Part shown: piece by piece, positions 1-7,542 of the stretch
How the letters are laid out: the number at the start of each line of letters is the position of its first letter
Position numbering within the stretch: position 1 is the stretch's first letter
Sequence record: DRR723986_9802
Length of the DNA: 34,227 nucleotides
Strand: one strand, 5' to 3'
Made by a program: the position numbers and the translations under genes
Notes under the pieces: model-generated
Told to the model about the DNA's origin: nothing
Database searches by the model: none
The model's input: the letters and a program-made list of their open reading frames with translations, nothing else

Positions 1-4
1 GGAA

Positions 5-47
5 GGACGACACTCGTTCTGAAAAGAACGAATAAGTGGCGCCGTCT
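5..47 (+). other. GC-rich stem-loop with GAAA tetraloop; possible 3' part of a structured RNA or element that starts upstream of the window
   Basis: TCGTTCT(14-20)-GAAA-AGAACGA(25-31), extended by CAC/GTG (11-13/36-38) and GGACG/CGTCT (5-9/43-47). Bases 1-80 are 50% GC versus 24% for 81-160. Confidence 0.35.
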
Positions 48-167
48 GTGTAATGGGGATACGTGTTTAGGTGGCAAGAGTTTAAAAGAATTAATTGAGC
101 AATTCTATTTTCGCTCTGAATATAATAATTGAATAACTTTAACTAAGAAACAAAGATCCCTTATACC

Positions 168-746
168 TTGACCAACCAATACGACCACTATTATCAAACA
201 GAAAATCTTTTTGGAGAACCGAGTAAAGCACTAATCGAGTACTTTCAATCAAAAGATACTAAAGCAAAGGTTTTGGATATTGGCTGTGGTCAAGGTCGAA
301 ATGCACTTGCCTTGGGACGAATAGGGTTTAATGTAACAGGGGTGGATCATTCAAAAACTGGAATTGATCAATTAAATTCAGCTGCTCTTCAAGAAGGATT
401 AACCGTAACCGGGGTGATTGGTGATATGTTCCAACTGGATGGTTTAAATGATTTTGACTATTTCATTTTGGACAGTATGTTCCATTTCACAAAAAAAGAT
501 CGAGAAGCCGAAATCAATTTTCTAAAATCACTGCTGACTGAAGCAAAACCTGGAGCAGAAATAGTTATTTGCAATCAAGATACTGGAGATAAATGCACGA
601 CCATAATCGAAACATTATGTTCAAAAGAAAACGCAATTGTAAAACTACAAGGGCCCTTTAACTACATATTTAAGGACTCTACAACTGGTCATAAGTCAAC
701 AACTCCTTACAAATTTATGGTGTTTGAAAAAATAAGAAATAAATAA
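168..746 (+). CDS. Class I SAM-dependent methyltransferase (TehB-like)
   Basis: Motif I VLDIGCGQGRNA followed by VTGVD; 192 aa; TTG start. Confidence 0.88.
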   Translation: MTNQYDHYYQTENLFGEPSKALIEYFQSKDTKAKVLDIGCGQGRNALALGRIGFNVTGVDHSKTGIDQLNSAALQEGLTVTGVIGDMFQLDGLNDFDYFILDSMFHFTKKDREAEINFLKSLLTEAKPGAEIVICNQDTGDKCTTIIETLCSKENAIVKLQGPFNYIFKDSTTGHKSTTPYKFMVFEKIRNK

Positions 747-761
747 ATTTCACTTTAGCCC

Positions 762-1064
762 ATGATCGTAATAATCGGATTCCTAACCATCATTGCACTA
801 ATTTATTTTCCATCCAGAAGATCAATAAAAAGGGAACAAGAGCTGGGCAAAAGACATCTAGAGCATCTTGATAAAGTTGATCCTCAGGCGAGAGAAATAA
901 TTGAAGGATGGGTCAAAGAATTAAAGACCGAATTAAAAGCTTCTTTTTTAACTGAAGACAAATTGAACAGGTTAATCGGAATAAAAATTGCTCAATCGAG
1001 AAATACGGATGAATTAGGACTTAAGTTTAAGGAGCTTCCCAAGTCTTTGGATAAGGTCAAATAG
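762..1064 (+). CDS. Hypothetical protein with N-terminal membrane anchor
   Basis: 100-aa ORF; hydrophobic N-terminus followed by a charged helical region; closely packed with neighbours. Confidence 0.65.
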   Translation: MIVIIGFLTIIALIYFPSRRSIKREQELGKRHLEHLDKVDPQAREIIEGWVKELKTELKASFLTEDKLNRLIGIKIAQSRNTDELGLKFKELPKSLDKVK

Positions 1065-1107
1065 AAAAGAATCTACCCTTAGCTATTCATTTGGCTTAAC
1101 CCTCACC

Positions 1108-1680
1108 ATGGACATTAGAATTAAACAAAGCAAAATTTCTATTTTTTCTAAAACCTACAGAGTTTTTAGAGATGGAGAAGTACTTTTTAAACTGACCAGA
1201 ATTAACTTCATTCCAATTGGATTTTTCAGCATAAAAGATGGGAAGACAAAAGAAAAAATAGGGCAAATTAGAAATAAGGTACTGAATTTTAGAGGTAATG
1301 CCAAAATTTCTATACCAAACGGAAACTATCATTTCGCTCAGAAATCTATCGCCTCCAATTTTTATAAATGCGAAAATCTATCCGATAAAAATGACCTGAT
1401 ATTTATTGAGAGATATAGAGGGTTTAATGGTGCGATATTTAAAAATGAGCAGCAAATAGGTTTTTGGAAGAAAAATCAAGTTGTTGTGTTGGATGGGGAT
1501 AATTATGAATTAAAATTGGACGCTGACGTAGATTTGACTTTGATTTCAGCCATGATGATTTTAGTAGATAACTATCGATTTTCACTAAAAATTGGTGGAG
1601 ATATTGGATTCGAAATCGCAAATTCAGGTAATGAAGTTCCAAAACAAATTAAATATTGGAAGCCCAAAGATGAAGACTAA
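1108..1680 (+). CDS. Hypothetical protein, LURP-one/scramblase (tubby C-terminal)-like
   Basis: Starts IKQSKISIFSKTYRV, has repeated IG-I-K/IG-W-K beta hairpins and ends in a hydrophobic helix (LISAMMILVD), the pattern of LURP-one-related proteins. Confidence 0.6.
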   Translation: MDIRIKQSKISIFSKTYRVFRDGEVLFKLTRINFIPIGFFSIKDGKTKEKIGQIRNKVLNFRGNAKISIPNGNYHFAQKSIASNFYKCENLSDKNDLIFIERYRGFNGAIFKNEQQIGFWKKNQVVVLDGDNYELKLDADVDLTLISAMMILVDNYRFSLKIGGDIGFEIANSGNEVPKQIKYWKPKDED

Positions 1681-1699
1681 TCCTTAAATTAAAGGATTA
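1678..1699. promoter_or_regulatory. 22-bp near-perfect palindrome (operator-like) upstream of the hydrolase
   Basis: TAATCCTT-aAATTa-AAGGATTA; 20 of 22 positions self-complementary; ends 18 nt before the ATG at 1718. Confidence 0.4.
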
Positions 1700-1717
1700 A
1701 ATTAACTCAACAACTCT

Positions 1718-2647
1718 ATGAAGTACCTCAGCACTCTCCTATTGCTTCTCATCTGCATCAATGCCTTTAGCGCCGAATTGTATTCCAAATCATTCGGAAA
1801 TCCTGAGCATCCTGCCCTCATTTTTCTGCATGGTGGACCGGGTTATAATGCTGCCAGCTTTGAAGCAACAACAGCACAAACACTTGCAGAATCTGGCTTT
1901 TACGTCATCATTTACGACAGAAGAGGCGAAGGAAGATCAAAAGACGCGAGTGCAAAATTCAATTTCAAAGAGAGTTTTAAAGATTTGAAATCTCTATATG
2001 AACAATACAACATTGAATCCGCTAGCTTAATAGGTCATAGTTTTGGTGGGATTTTAGGCACTAAATTTTCAAGTAAATATCCTAAACTGGTCAAAAATCT
2101 AATTTTGGTTGGGGCTCCCATCTCATTGCAAGAATCGTTTAAAACGATCATTAGCTCATCTAAAAAAATATACTCGGACAACAATGATAAAACCAATTTG
2201 AAATACCTCAACATGTTAGATGATATGGATTCGGAATCGTTAGAATATGCAGTCTATTGCTTTTCTCACGCCATGCAAAACGGTTTTTATACACCAGACT
2301 CTTTATCTGACGAAGCAAAGAAGATTTATACTGATTTCAGAGCAGACTCTACCCTAGCCAAATACGCGGCAGAAATGACACAGGCGGCCACGCAGGGTTT
2401 TTGGAAAAACGAATCCTATACGAGCATCAATCTTGAAGATGAATTGAAAAATCTGGTTGAAGATAATATCCAAGTCTATGGGTTGTATGGCAAAGAAGAT
2501 GGACTGTATAGCAAAAAACAAATTGATGGATTAACTCAAATTTTGGGAGAAGATCAGCTGTTGTATCTCGATAATTGTTCGCACAGTGTTTATATCGATC
2601 AACAAAAAATCTTTATTGAAGCTTTAAGGCAATGGATTTTAGAGTGA
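1718..2647 (+). CDS. Secreted alpha/beta hydrolase, proline iminopeptidase-like (peptidase S33)
   Basis: Signal peptide, oxyanion motif HGGPG, YDRRG, nucleophile elbow GHSFGG, C-terminal Asp (GKEDG) and His (CSH). Confidence 0.88.
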   Translation: MKYLSTLLLLLICINAFSAELYSKSFGNPEHPALIFLHGGPGYNAASFEATTAQTLAESGFYVIIYDRRGEGRSKDASAKFNFKESFKDLKSLYEQYNIESASLIGHSFGGILGTKFSSKYPKLVKNLILVGAPISLQESFKTIISSSKKIYSDNNDKTNLKYLNMLDDMDSESLEYAVYCFSHAMQNGFYTPDSLSDEAKKIYTDFRADSTLAKYAAEMTQAATQGFWKNESYTSINLEDELKNLVEDNIQVYGLYGKEDGLYSKKQIDGLTQILGEDQLLYLDNCSHSVYIDQQKIFIEALRQWILE

Positions 2648-2660
2648 ACATTTGGTCTCA

Positions 2661-2728
2661 CTTGGTATTGATTTTTTTACGCAAAGTCTCCCAAAGGCTT
2701 CGCAAAGGTTCGCGAAGAAGTCTTGCAA
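2661..2728 (+). repeat. Copy 1 of a ~68-bp intergenic direct repeat (CGCAAAG-unit element)
   Basis: 64/68 identical to 3340-3406 (3 substitutions, 1 indel). Four internal C(G/C)C(A/G)AAG units; hairpin CTTCGC-N8-GCGAAG. Confidence 0.9.
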
Positions 2729-2815
2729 AAAAAATGGCTCCGAAAATTGGCCTATTTCGCAACAGCTATTAAAATTAAATGAGTTACTTCTCGTTAATTG
2801 AAGACATTCATAGGT

Positions 2816-3322
2816 ATGAGATTCCTTCTGTTATTCATCTTTCTATCCGCCAGTGCCACTTTTGCACAAAAAGGTAAAGCAGTATCTCAAAAAGAAAAAA
2901 TCACCGACTTTCAAGGGGTTAAAAGAAACAGTTTAGTTCTTAATGTTGGCGGCGTAACAGGAATTGCTGGATTCACTTATGAACGATTATTAAGCTCACA
3001 ATGGGGTATTGAAATAGGCGCTGGATATGTCGGAGCAGGATTAGGAGCTAGTTGGTACGGAATGCCGATTATAAATGGTAAACCGAGGTTGCACTTGTCT
3101 CTGAGAAGCTTTTATTACAAAATTCCGTGGACATCTGAAGAGTTATTTCGGCATTGCTTTTCAATAGGGCTAACTCATTTCGCAGAAAACGGTTTGACCT
3201 TTGCAGCCGACATTGGACCATGTTACGCACATAACGCATCTTCGTTAAGATATTTTGATCCGTCACCAGATGGTTTTCCGGTCTACATTACTTGGACATT
3301 GAAAATGGGATATCGGTTTTAG
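2816..3322 (+). CDS. Small outer-membrane beta-barrel protein
   Basis: Signal peptide from ATG 2816 (track start is TTG 2798), alternating amphipathic strands, C-terminal LKMGYRF beta-signal. Confidence 0.75.
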   Translation: MRFLLLFIFLSASATFAQKGKAVSQKEKITDFQGVKRNSLVLNVGGVTGIAGFTYERLLSSQWGIEIGAGYVGAGLGASWYGMPIINGKPRLHLSLRSFYYKIPWTSEELFRHCFSIGLTHFAENGLTFAADIGPCYAHNASSLRYFDPSPDGFPVYITWTLKMGYRF

Positions 3323-3339
3323 TTTGAAACTATGTTCCG

Positions 3340-3406
3340 CTTAGTATTGATTTTTTTCGCAAAGTCTCCCAAAGGCTTCGCAAAGTTTCGCGAAGAAGTG
3401 TTGCAA
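3340..3406 (+). repeat. Copy 2 of the ~68-bp intergenic direct repeat
   Basis: Near-identical to 2661-2728; like copy 1 it begins shortly after a stop codon (17 nt versus 13 nt). Confidence 0.9.
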
Positions 3407-3417
3407 GCATTAACAGT

Positions 3418-3470
3418 GCTCGTTCACCGAGCGGAGCCGAGGGGAAGTGAAGGCTCCACTATGGTTCCCC
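3418..3470. repeat. REP-like GC-rich palindromic unit
   Basis: GCTCG/CGAGC (3418-22/3428-32), GGAGCC/GGCTCC (3433-38/3452-57) and GGGGAA/TTCCCC (3441-46/3465-70). CCGAGCGGAGCCGAGG resembles the GAGCGGAGTCGA-type REPs I recall from Bacteroidota. Confidence 0.55.
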
Positions 3471-3577
3471 AAGAATTCTTGCAAAAAATATTCGATAGCC
3501 TGTAAGGATCATAACTTATGCCTGTTCAACATGCTGATCTTTTCAGATAAAATTTTATCTTTAATAAAAACAAGACT

Positions 3578-3787
3578 ATGTTATCTTATCCTGGTTATAT
3601 CTTATCTATTTTCGGACTCGTTCTCTTTATTTTTGCCCTTGTCATTCCTATGATACGTGCGTATACTAATGATGAAAGAGGTTTGGCTGTCGCATTTGCC
3701 ATTTTCAAAAACAAACCTTGGATGATTCTGGCCGTAATTGCAATTGTGATCTACGTAATTGGACAGTTTTTGGCGGGGAAGTATTGA
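3578..3787 (+). CDS. Small two-helix membrane protein
   Basis: 69 aa with two hydrophobic segments; A-rich leader before the ATG. Confidence 0.65.
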   Translation: MLSYPGYILSIFGLVLFIFALVIPMIRAYTNDERGLAVAFAIFKNKPWMILAVIAIVIYVIGQFLAGKY

Positions 3788-3792
3788 TAAAA

Positions 3793-4452
3793 CTACCTTT
3801 CTATGATCAACCTCTTAATAGGAAATTCTTGATCTCCTACAATAGTTTTCGGTTTTACGAAATAGATTCCAGCTGGAAGGTCAATTTTAAGCTTACTCTC
3901 AAAAGTTAAGCTGTGAATAAGTTTCCCATCAATACTGTAAAAACCAATTTCTGCAATCAAATTTTCGTTTCCACCAAAATCTACATGAATTAGATCCTTA
4001 GCTGGATTCGGATAAATAGTATAATCTAGATTGAGTTTATCTATTCCATTCGTACCGCTAGAATCTGAAATGCTTACAAAAACATGAGCTGTATCGCTTG
4101 GGTATGGATAAGGGTTGCATAACGTATCGTAGCTCTCATAAATCTCTATTAGAAAGGAATAATTCCATGCCGAATCGAGCACAATCTTAAAGGTATCTTG
4201 TGCAGTGCATATTGTTGGCAAAGGACCAGTACAGTGTACTGCTTGTAACCATTTAGTTGAATCGGCGCCTTGAATAATTATGGTATCTAAATCGCAATTG
4301 CTATTGTTAAACATAGCATCAGCAACTATCACAAGGGTATCTCCTTGTTGTGGATTGTTAGGGCTTGTTGTTACATTAGTAATGTTCACTTGAGTCCATG
4401 CAGCGCATATCACCCCAAAAAACAGGAAAGTCGTTAAAATGAGATTTTTCAT
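3793..4452 (-). CDS. T9SS type A sorting domain-containing protein
   Basis: Signal peptide from ATG 4452 (MKNLILTTF...AWTQ); C-terminal IYPNPAKD...LPAGIYFVK...KRLIIER typical of the type A CTD. Confidence 0.9.
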   Translation of the reverse strand: MKNLILTTFLFFGVICAAWTQVNITNVTTSPNNPQQGDTLVIVADAMFNNSNCDLDTIIIQGADSTKWLQAVHCTGPLPTICTAQDTFKIVLDSAWNYSFLIEIYESYDTLCNPYPYPSDTAHVFVSISDSSGTNGIDKLNLDYTIYPNPAKDLIHVDFGGNENLIAEIGFYSIDGKLIHSLTFESKLKIDLPAGIYFVKPKTIVGDQEFPIKRLIIER

Positions 4453-4458
4453 AGTCAC

Positions 4459-4485
4459 AAGACGAAAAAAATAATTGAGAAGTTG
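4459..4485 (-). promoter_or_regulatory. Putative ECF-sigma promoter CAACTTC-N14-CGTCTT
   Basis: Minus strand reads CAACTTCTCAATTATTTTTTTCGTCTT (AAC-N17-CGT), 6 nt before ATG 4452. The same ends occur at 22496-22521. Confidence 0.55.
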
Positions 4486-4527
4486 TATTCGCCTCAATTA
4501 GAGCATCCGTTTTGTGATAATCGTCTT

Positions 4528-5721
4528 CTAATTTTTGAAAAACGGTTTTCCGGCAAGTAAATAGCTCATTAATTCGTATCGATCAATATATTCGAAAAGG
4601 CCACCGTCACCACAAGGATCGTCCAACAAACTCGTGTTTTCTTTGAAAGTTGCCGCATCATGGATATTTTCGTGCAAGAGAGGAATAAACTCTGATAGCT
4701 TTTTATCATTAAAATTAAATGCCTCAGGATTTTCGTTTTGATTTAAACGCCATGAATTACCAAAAGCATACTCAAAATTAATATCACCTAATACTTCGAA
4801 AAAGTACTCTTCTGGATAAAAGAACTTCGCATTTAAATTGCCACCAACAAAAGCTGATCCATGGTTGTAATCTCCCATTAAACAGTTGTTCACCTTCAAA
4901 TCACCTAATATTAATAATGCTCCACTTGTAGTCACGTTGGTAGCTTCTACATTTCCAGTCACTAACACGACTTGCATCAAATCATCCTTTAGGTCAATAC
5001 AACCATCCACTTTTAAATTTCCTTTTACCACCAAAGCACCCAGATCTAATTCATTGAAATTTGATAAATTACTGATGTGTAAATCTCCTTCGTGGAAAAC
5101 AAAATCTTGTTTATTTCCAAGGGCCGATCGCACTATATTATCAAACATTCTTTTAATATCTTCATTTTCCAAAAGAGGCAATATAGACTCCAAGTAAAAA
5201 TCACTGTCGAACTGTTGCGCTAAAAACCCTTTTCCGTTCTCATAGATTTTTTCTTTAATCTCAACCAATACCTCTTCGCTAAACTCAGCATCATCTTGAG
5301 CAATTAATTCCTTTTTTTTAATCGGTGGATTTAGGTGATTACCCTCTTTATCATAATAATCAAACTCAACCGGGACACCTGCTCTTTTCACCGCTTTAAA
5401 AACGCGGTCATCTGTATTACCATAAGCGAATACTTCTTTCGTAGGTGCGGAAGATTTTAAGTAGACATCTTCTTTTTGAACCCCATTTTCAAAAGTTCCA
5501 TAACGCGAAACTTCACCATTTGGGTGAAATCTTTTGAAACTTAACATATTGCCATTATCATCAAAAAAAGTATGACAACACAAATGACCATTAGGTGCTA
5601 ACCACCATTTCCATTCGCCAATATATTTACCTTGACTGTTTTTCTCTCCTAATTCCCATTCGTTTTCTGAAGCATTCCAAACTGCTTCTTGAGGCACTGT
5701 TTCTGGTCTTTTATCACTCAT
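4528..5721 (-). CDS. Hypothetical two-domain cytoplasmic protein: MORN2/YwqK-like N-terminus and bactofilin-like beta-helix C-terminus
   Basis: GEWKWW, FHPNGEVSRYGTFENG (MORN-variant-like); repeated V-G-N/D-L-x-V motifs (VKGNLKVDG, VTGNVEA, ILGDLKVN, VGGNLNA, VLGDINF). Confidence 0.7.
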   Translation of the reverse strand: MSDKRPETVPQEAVWNASENEWELGEKNSQGKYIGEWKWWLAPNGHLCCHTFFDDNGNMLSFKRFHPNGEVSRYGTFENGVQKEDVYLKSSAPTKEVFAYGNTDDRVFKAVKRAGVPVEFDYYDKEGNHLNPPIKKKELIAQDDAEFSEEVLVEIKEKIYENGKGFLAQQFDSDFYLESILPLLENEDIKRMFDNIVRSALGNKQDFVFHEGDLHISNLSNFNELDLGALVVKGNLKVDGCIDLKDDLMQVVLVTGNVEATNVTTSGALLILGDLKVNNCLMGDYNHGSAFVGGNLNAKFFYPEEYFFEVLGDINFEYAFGNSWRLNQNENPEAFNFNDKKLSEFIPLLHENIHDAATFKENTSLLDDPCGDGGLFEYIDRYELMSYLLAGKPFFKN

Positions 5722-5788
5722 ATTTACAAACTAAAAAATTCGTTTAATTTTCTTAAAACTAATACTTTTATTCAAATTCTCTCTTCTG

Positions 5789-5814
5789 TTCTTAACTTTT
5801 CTTAATCCCCTTAA
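5789..5814. promoter_or_regulatory. Tandem TTCTTAA repeats in a divergent promoter
   Basis: TTCTTAA at 5789 and 5799 (10-bp period) and CCCTTAA at 5808, just upstream of a TATATTTA -7-like element (5822-5829). Confidence 0.3.
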
Positions 5815-5853
5815 AAAATCGTATATTTACTAATAGACGATAATTTTTATTTT

Positions 5854-6078
5854 ATGAGCACTACCCTGATTTTAGTTTTAGCGGCCTTACTTTTTACATT
5901 TTTCTCCATCTTTTTCTATAAAATCATGAAAGGATATGTTGCCGAAACTTATGGCAAAAACTGGCTAAAGAGTTGGGTAAACAGAGCTTATTTCAGCCAA
6001 AGTCTCATTTACATGAGTACAGGTAGCACCCTTTTAGTAGTTTACTTGTTAAAGTGGACTGACCTGTTAGCGTTTTAA
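5854..6078 (+). CDS. Small membrane protein
   Basis: 74 aa with two hydrophobic segments. Confidence 0.7.
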   Translation: MSTTLILVLAALLFTFFSIFFYKIMKGYVAETYGKNWLKSWVNRAYFSQSLIYMSTGSTLLVVYLLKWTDLLAF

Positions 6079-6086
6079 TCAATCTG

Positions 6087-6446
6087 TTGAAATACAAAAA
6101 CATTATATCCGTCATTCACAACTTTGGACACAGTTTCTTAAGTGATATGAATTATGTTGAGGGTGAGTTTGTTGTAAACGAGCTTAAAAAGATCCATAAA
6201 AAATCTCAGGATATCTCGATTAACTGGAAAACGAAACACTTTGAACCTCAATCAATGTTCTCCTCAAGAATAGCTGCTTCAATTGATAATTGGAGTAATA
6301 ATTTAGAACGAGATTTTAAATCTCAGGACGTTGAATTCAGTTTAATCGTTGATTTTAAATTTCTCTGGCACCATAATGACAAACCAAAGATGATTGCCAC
6401 TGATGACAGGGGTAAAACTTATGAAAAGTATATTGCAAAAAGTTGA
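6087..6446 (+). CDS. Hypothetical cytoplasmic protein
   Basis: 119 aa; TTG start 8 nt after the previous stop; HNFGHSF..MNY motif near the N-terminus. Confidence 0.7.
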   Translation: MKYKNIISVIHNFGHSFLSDMNYVEGEFVVNELKKIHKKSQDISINWKTKHFEPQSMFSSRIAASIDNWSNNLERDFKSQDVEFSLIVDFKFLWHHNDKPKMIATDDRGKTYEKYIAKS

Positions 6447-6447
6447 T

Positions 6448-6903
6448 ATGAAAAAATTCGCGATAATCATTGCTTTGTTTTGCTCCTTGGCATCTTGTTC
6501 AGAAGAACTTGAGAATTCAGAATCAGCAGTATCCAATAGTAATCAAGAAACAGAATTAAGCACACCCTTTGAAATTGAAAACGAAGAAGAAGAATATTCG
6601 GATTCTGAAGAGCTGAACTATGACTTACCTGATCAATATAATAGTGTCATGCGTCCAGGTGAAAATTTAAAGTTGGGTAAAACCTATCTCGACACGGTGA
6701 ACTTCATTTCATTCAATGATGATGCGGATTATTGGTTGATTATCGCTGAGAAAAACAAAGACACATTCAGTATTATTTGCTATGATTTTTATGACTTTCC
6801 TCCTGGCGAGTCCTTAATTATTGAATGGAAGATTGACAGTTTCAGACATGCTGGCGACCCAGAATTCCTGAATTTTAATGAGTTTTTAGTATCTCTGAAA
6901 TAG
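6448..6903 (+). CDS. Lipoprotein, hypothetical
   Basis: ATG 6448 (1 nt after the upstream stop) gives MKKFAIIIALFCSLASC, a lipobox followed by an acidic linker. The track's start at 6394 overlaps the previous gene. Confidence 0.8.
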   Translation: MKKFAIIIALFCSLASCSEELENSESAVSNSNQETELSTPFEIENEEEEYSDSEELNYDLPDQYNSVMRPGENLKLGKTYLDTVNFISFNDDADYWLIIAEKNKDTFSIICYDFYDFPPGESLIIEWKIDSFRHAGDPEFLNFNEFLVSLK

Positions 6904-6910
6904 ACTAACA

Positions 6911-7537
6911 ATGAGGCAACTACTTTTAATCGTTATATTAATTGGTACTAACGTATTGTCCCAGTCTGAGCAATTCTCTGTTAGCGCACACTTAGGCTAT
7001 GGTTTTAGTAACTCAATGTGGAACGGTGGAGGAACAAATTTACGTTCTACTTTTAACGCAGGTGTCGAATTCAGAAAGCGAATCAAATCTTCTAATTTCC
7101 ATTTTCAATCAGGCTTAAGGTGGAACGAATATGGTTTTCGACATGCCTATCAATCATGTATTGAGCAGGACGGTTACTTTATTTGTGAAGACGTTGACGC
7201 TCGCATCACTATTTTTTTTGCATCAATACCGGCCATTTTTACCTACAAATTTCAAAAGGGCATTCCTGGATTAACCATAAGTGCTGGTCCGCAAATTTCA
7301 ATTTACGTTACAGATAAATCTATTCACAATGATGATATCAACTGGCGTGGATACGGTTATCCTCCATTTAGTTTAAGTACGCATTACTCTTTGGGATACG
7401 AAAAAAAAATTGGCGAAAAATGGATGCTTGGTATAGAATCCTATTCAAATCTTAACTTTCCAATAGGATGGTTTTTTGGATTAGATGGCAATTACAACTT
7501 TGGCTTAGCTTTAAGTGGTAGGTATATTTTGAAGTAG
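6911..7537 (+). CDS. Outer-membrane beta-barrel protein (PorT/OMP_b-brl_2-like)
   Basis: Signal peptide; FNAGVEF, SIPAIFTYKF, SAGPQ motifs; C-terminal GLALSGRYIL. Confidence 0.78.
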   Translation: MRQLLLIVILIGTNVLSQSEQFSVSAHLGYGFSNSMWNGGGTNLRSTFNAGVEFRKRIKSSNFHFQSGLRWNEYGFRHAYQSCIEQDGYFICEDVDARITIFFASIPAIFTYKFQKGIPGLTISAGPQISIYVTDKSIHNDDINWRGYGYPPFSLSTHYSLGYEKKIGEKWMLGIESYSNLNFPIGWFFGLDGNYNFGLALSGRYILK

Positions 7538-7542
7538 TAAGG

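Noticed and set aside
1..132. C-terminal fragment of a CDS in frame +1 (GRTTLVLK...EYNN*)
   Set aside because: Open frame but no recognisable motif, and an abrupt GC drop mid-frame; kept only as an alternative to the RNA hypothesis.
168..746. DNA methyltransferase of a restriction-modification system
   Set aside because: No NPPY/DPPY or PC catalytic motif and no nuclease partner; small-molecule TehB-like type.
2680..2717. CGCAAAG-type tandem units as a CRISPR array
   Set aside because: Units are 7 nt with 3-4-nt gaps; no spacer-length unique sequences and no cas genes.
3447..3653. 68-aa + strand ORF
   Set aside because: Starts inside the REP-like unit, overlaps the better membrane ORF at 3578 and has non-protein-like composition.
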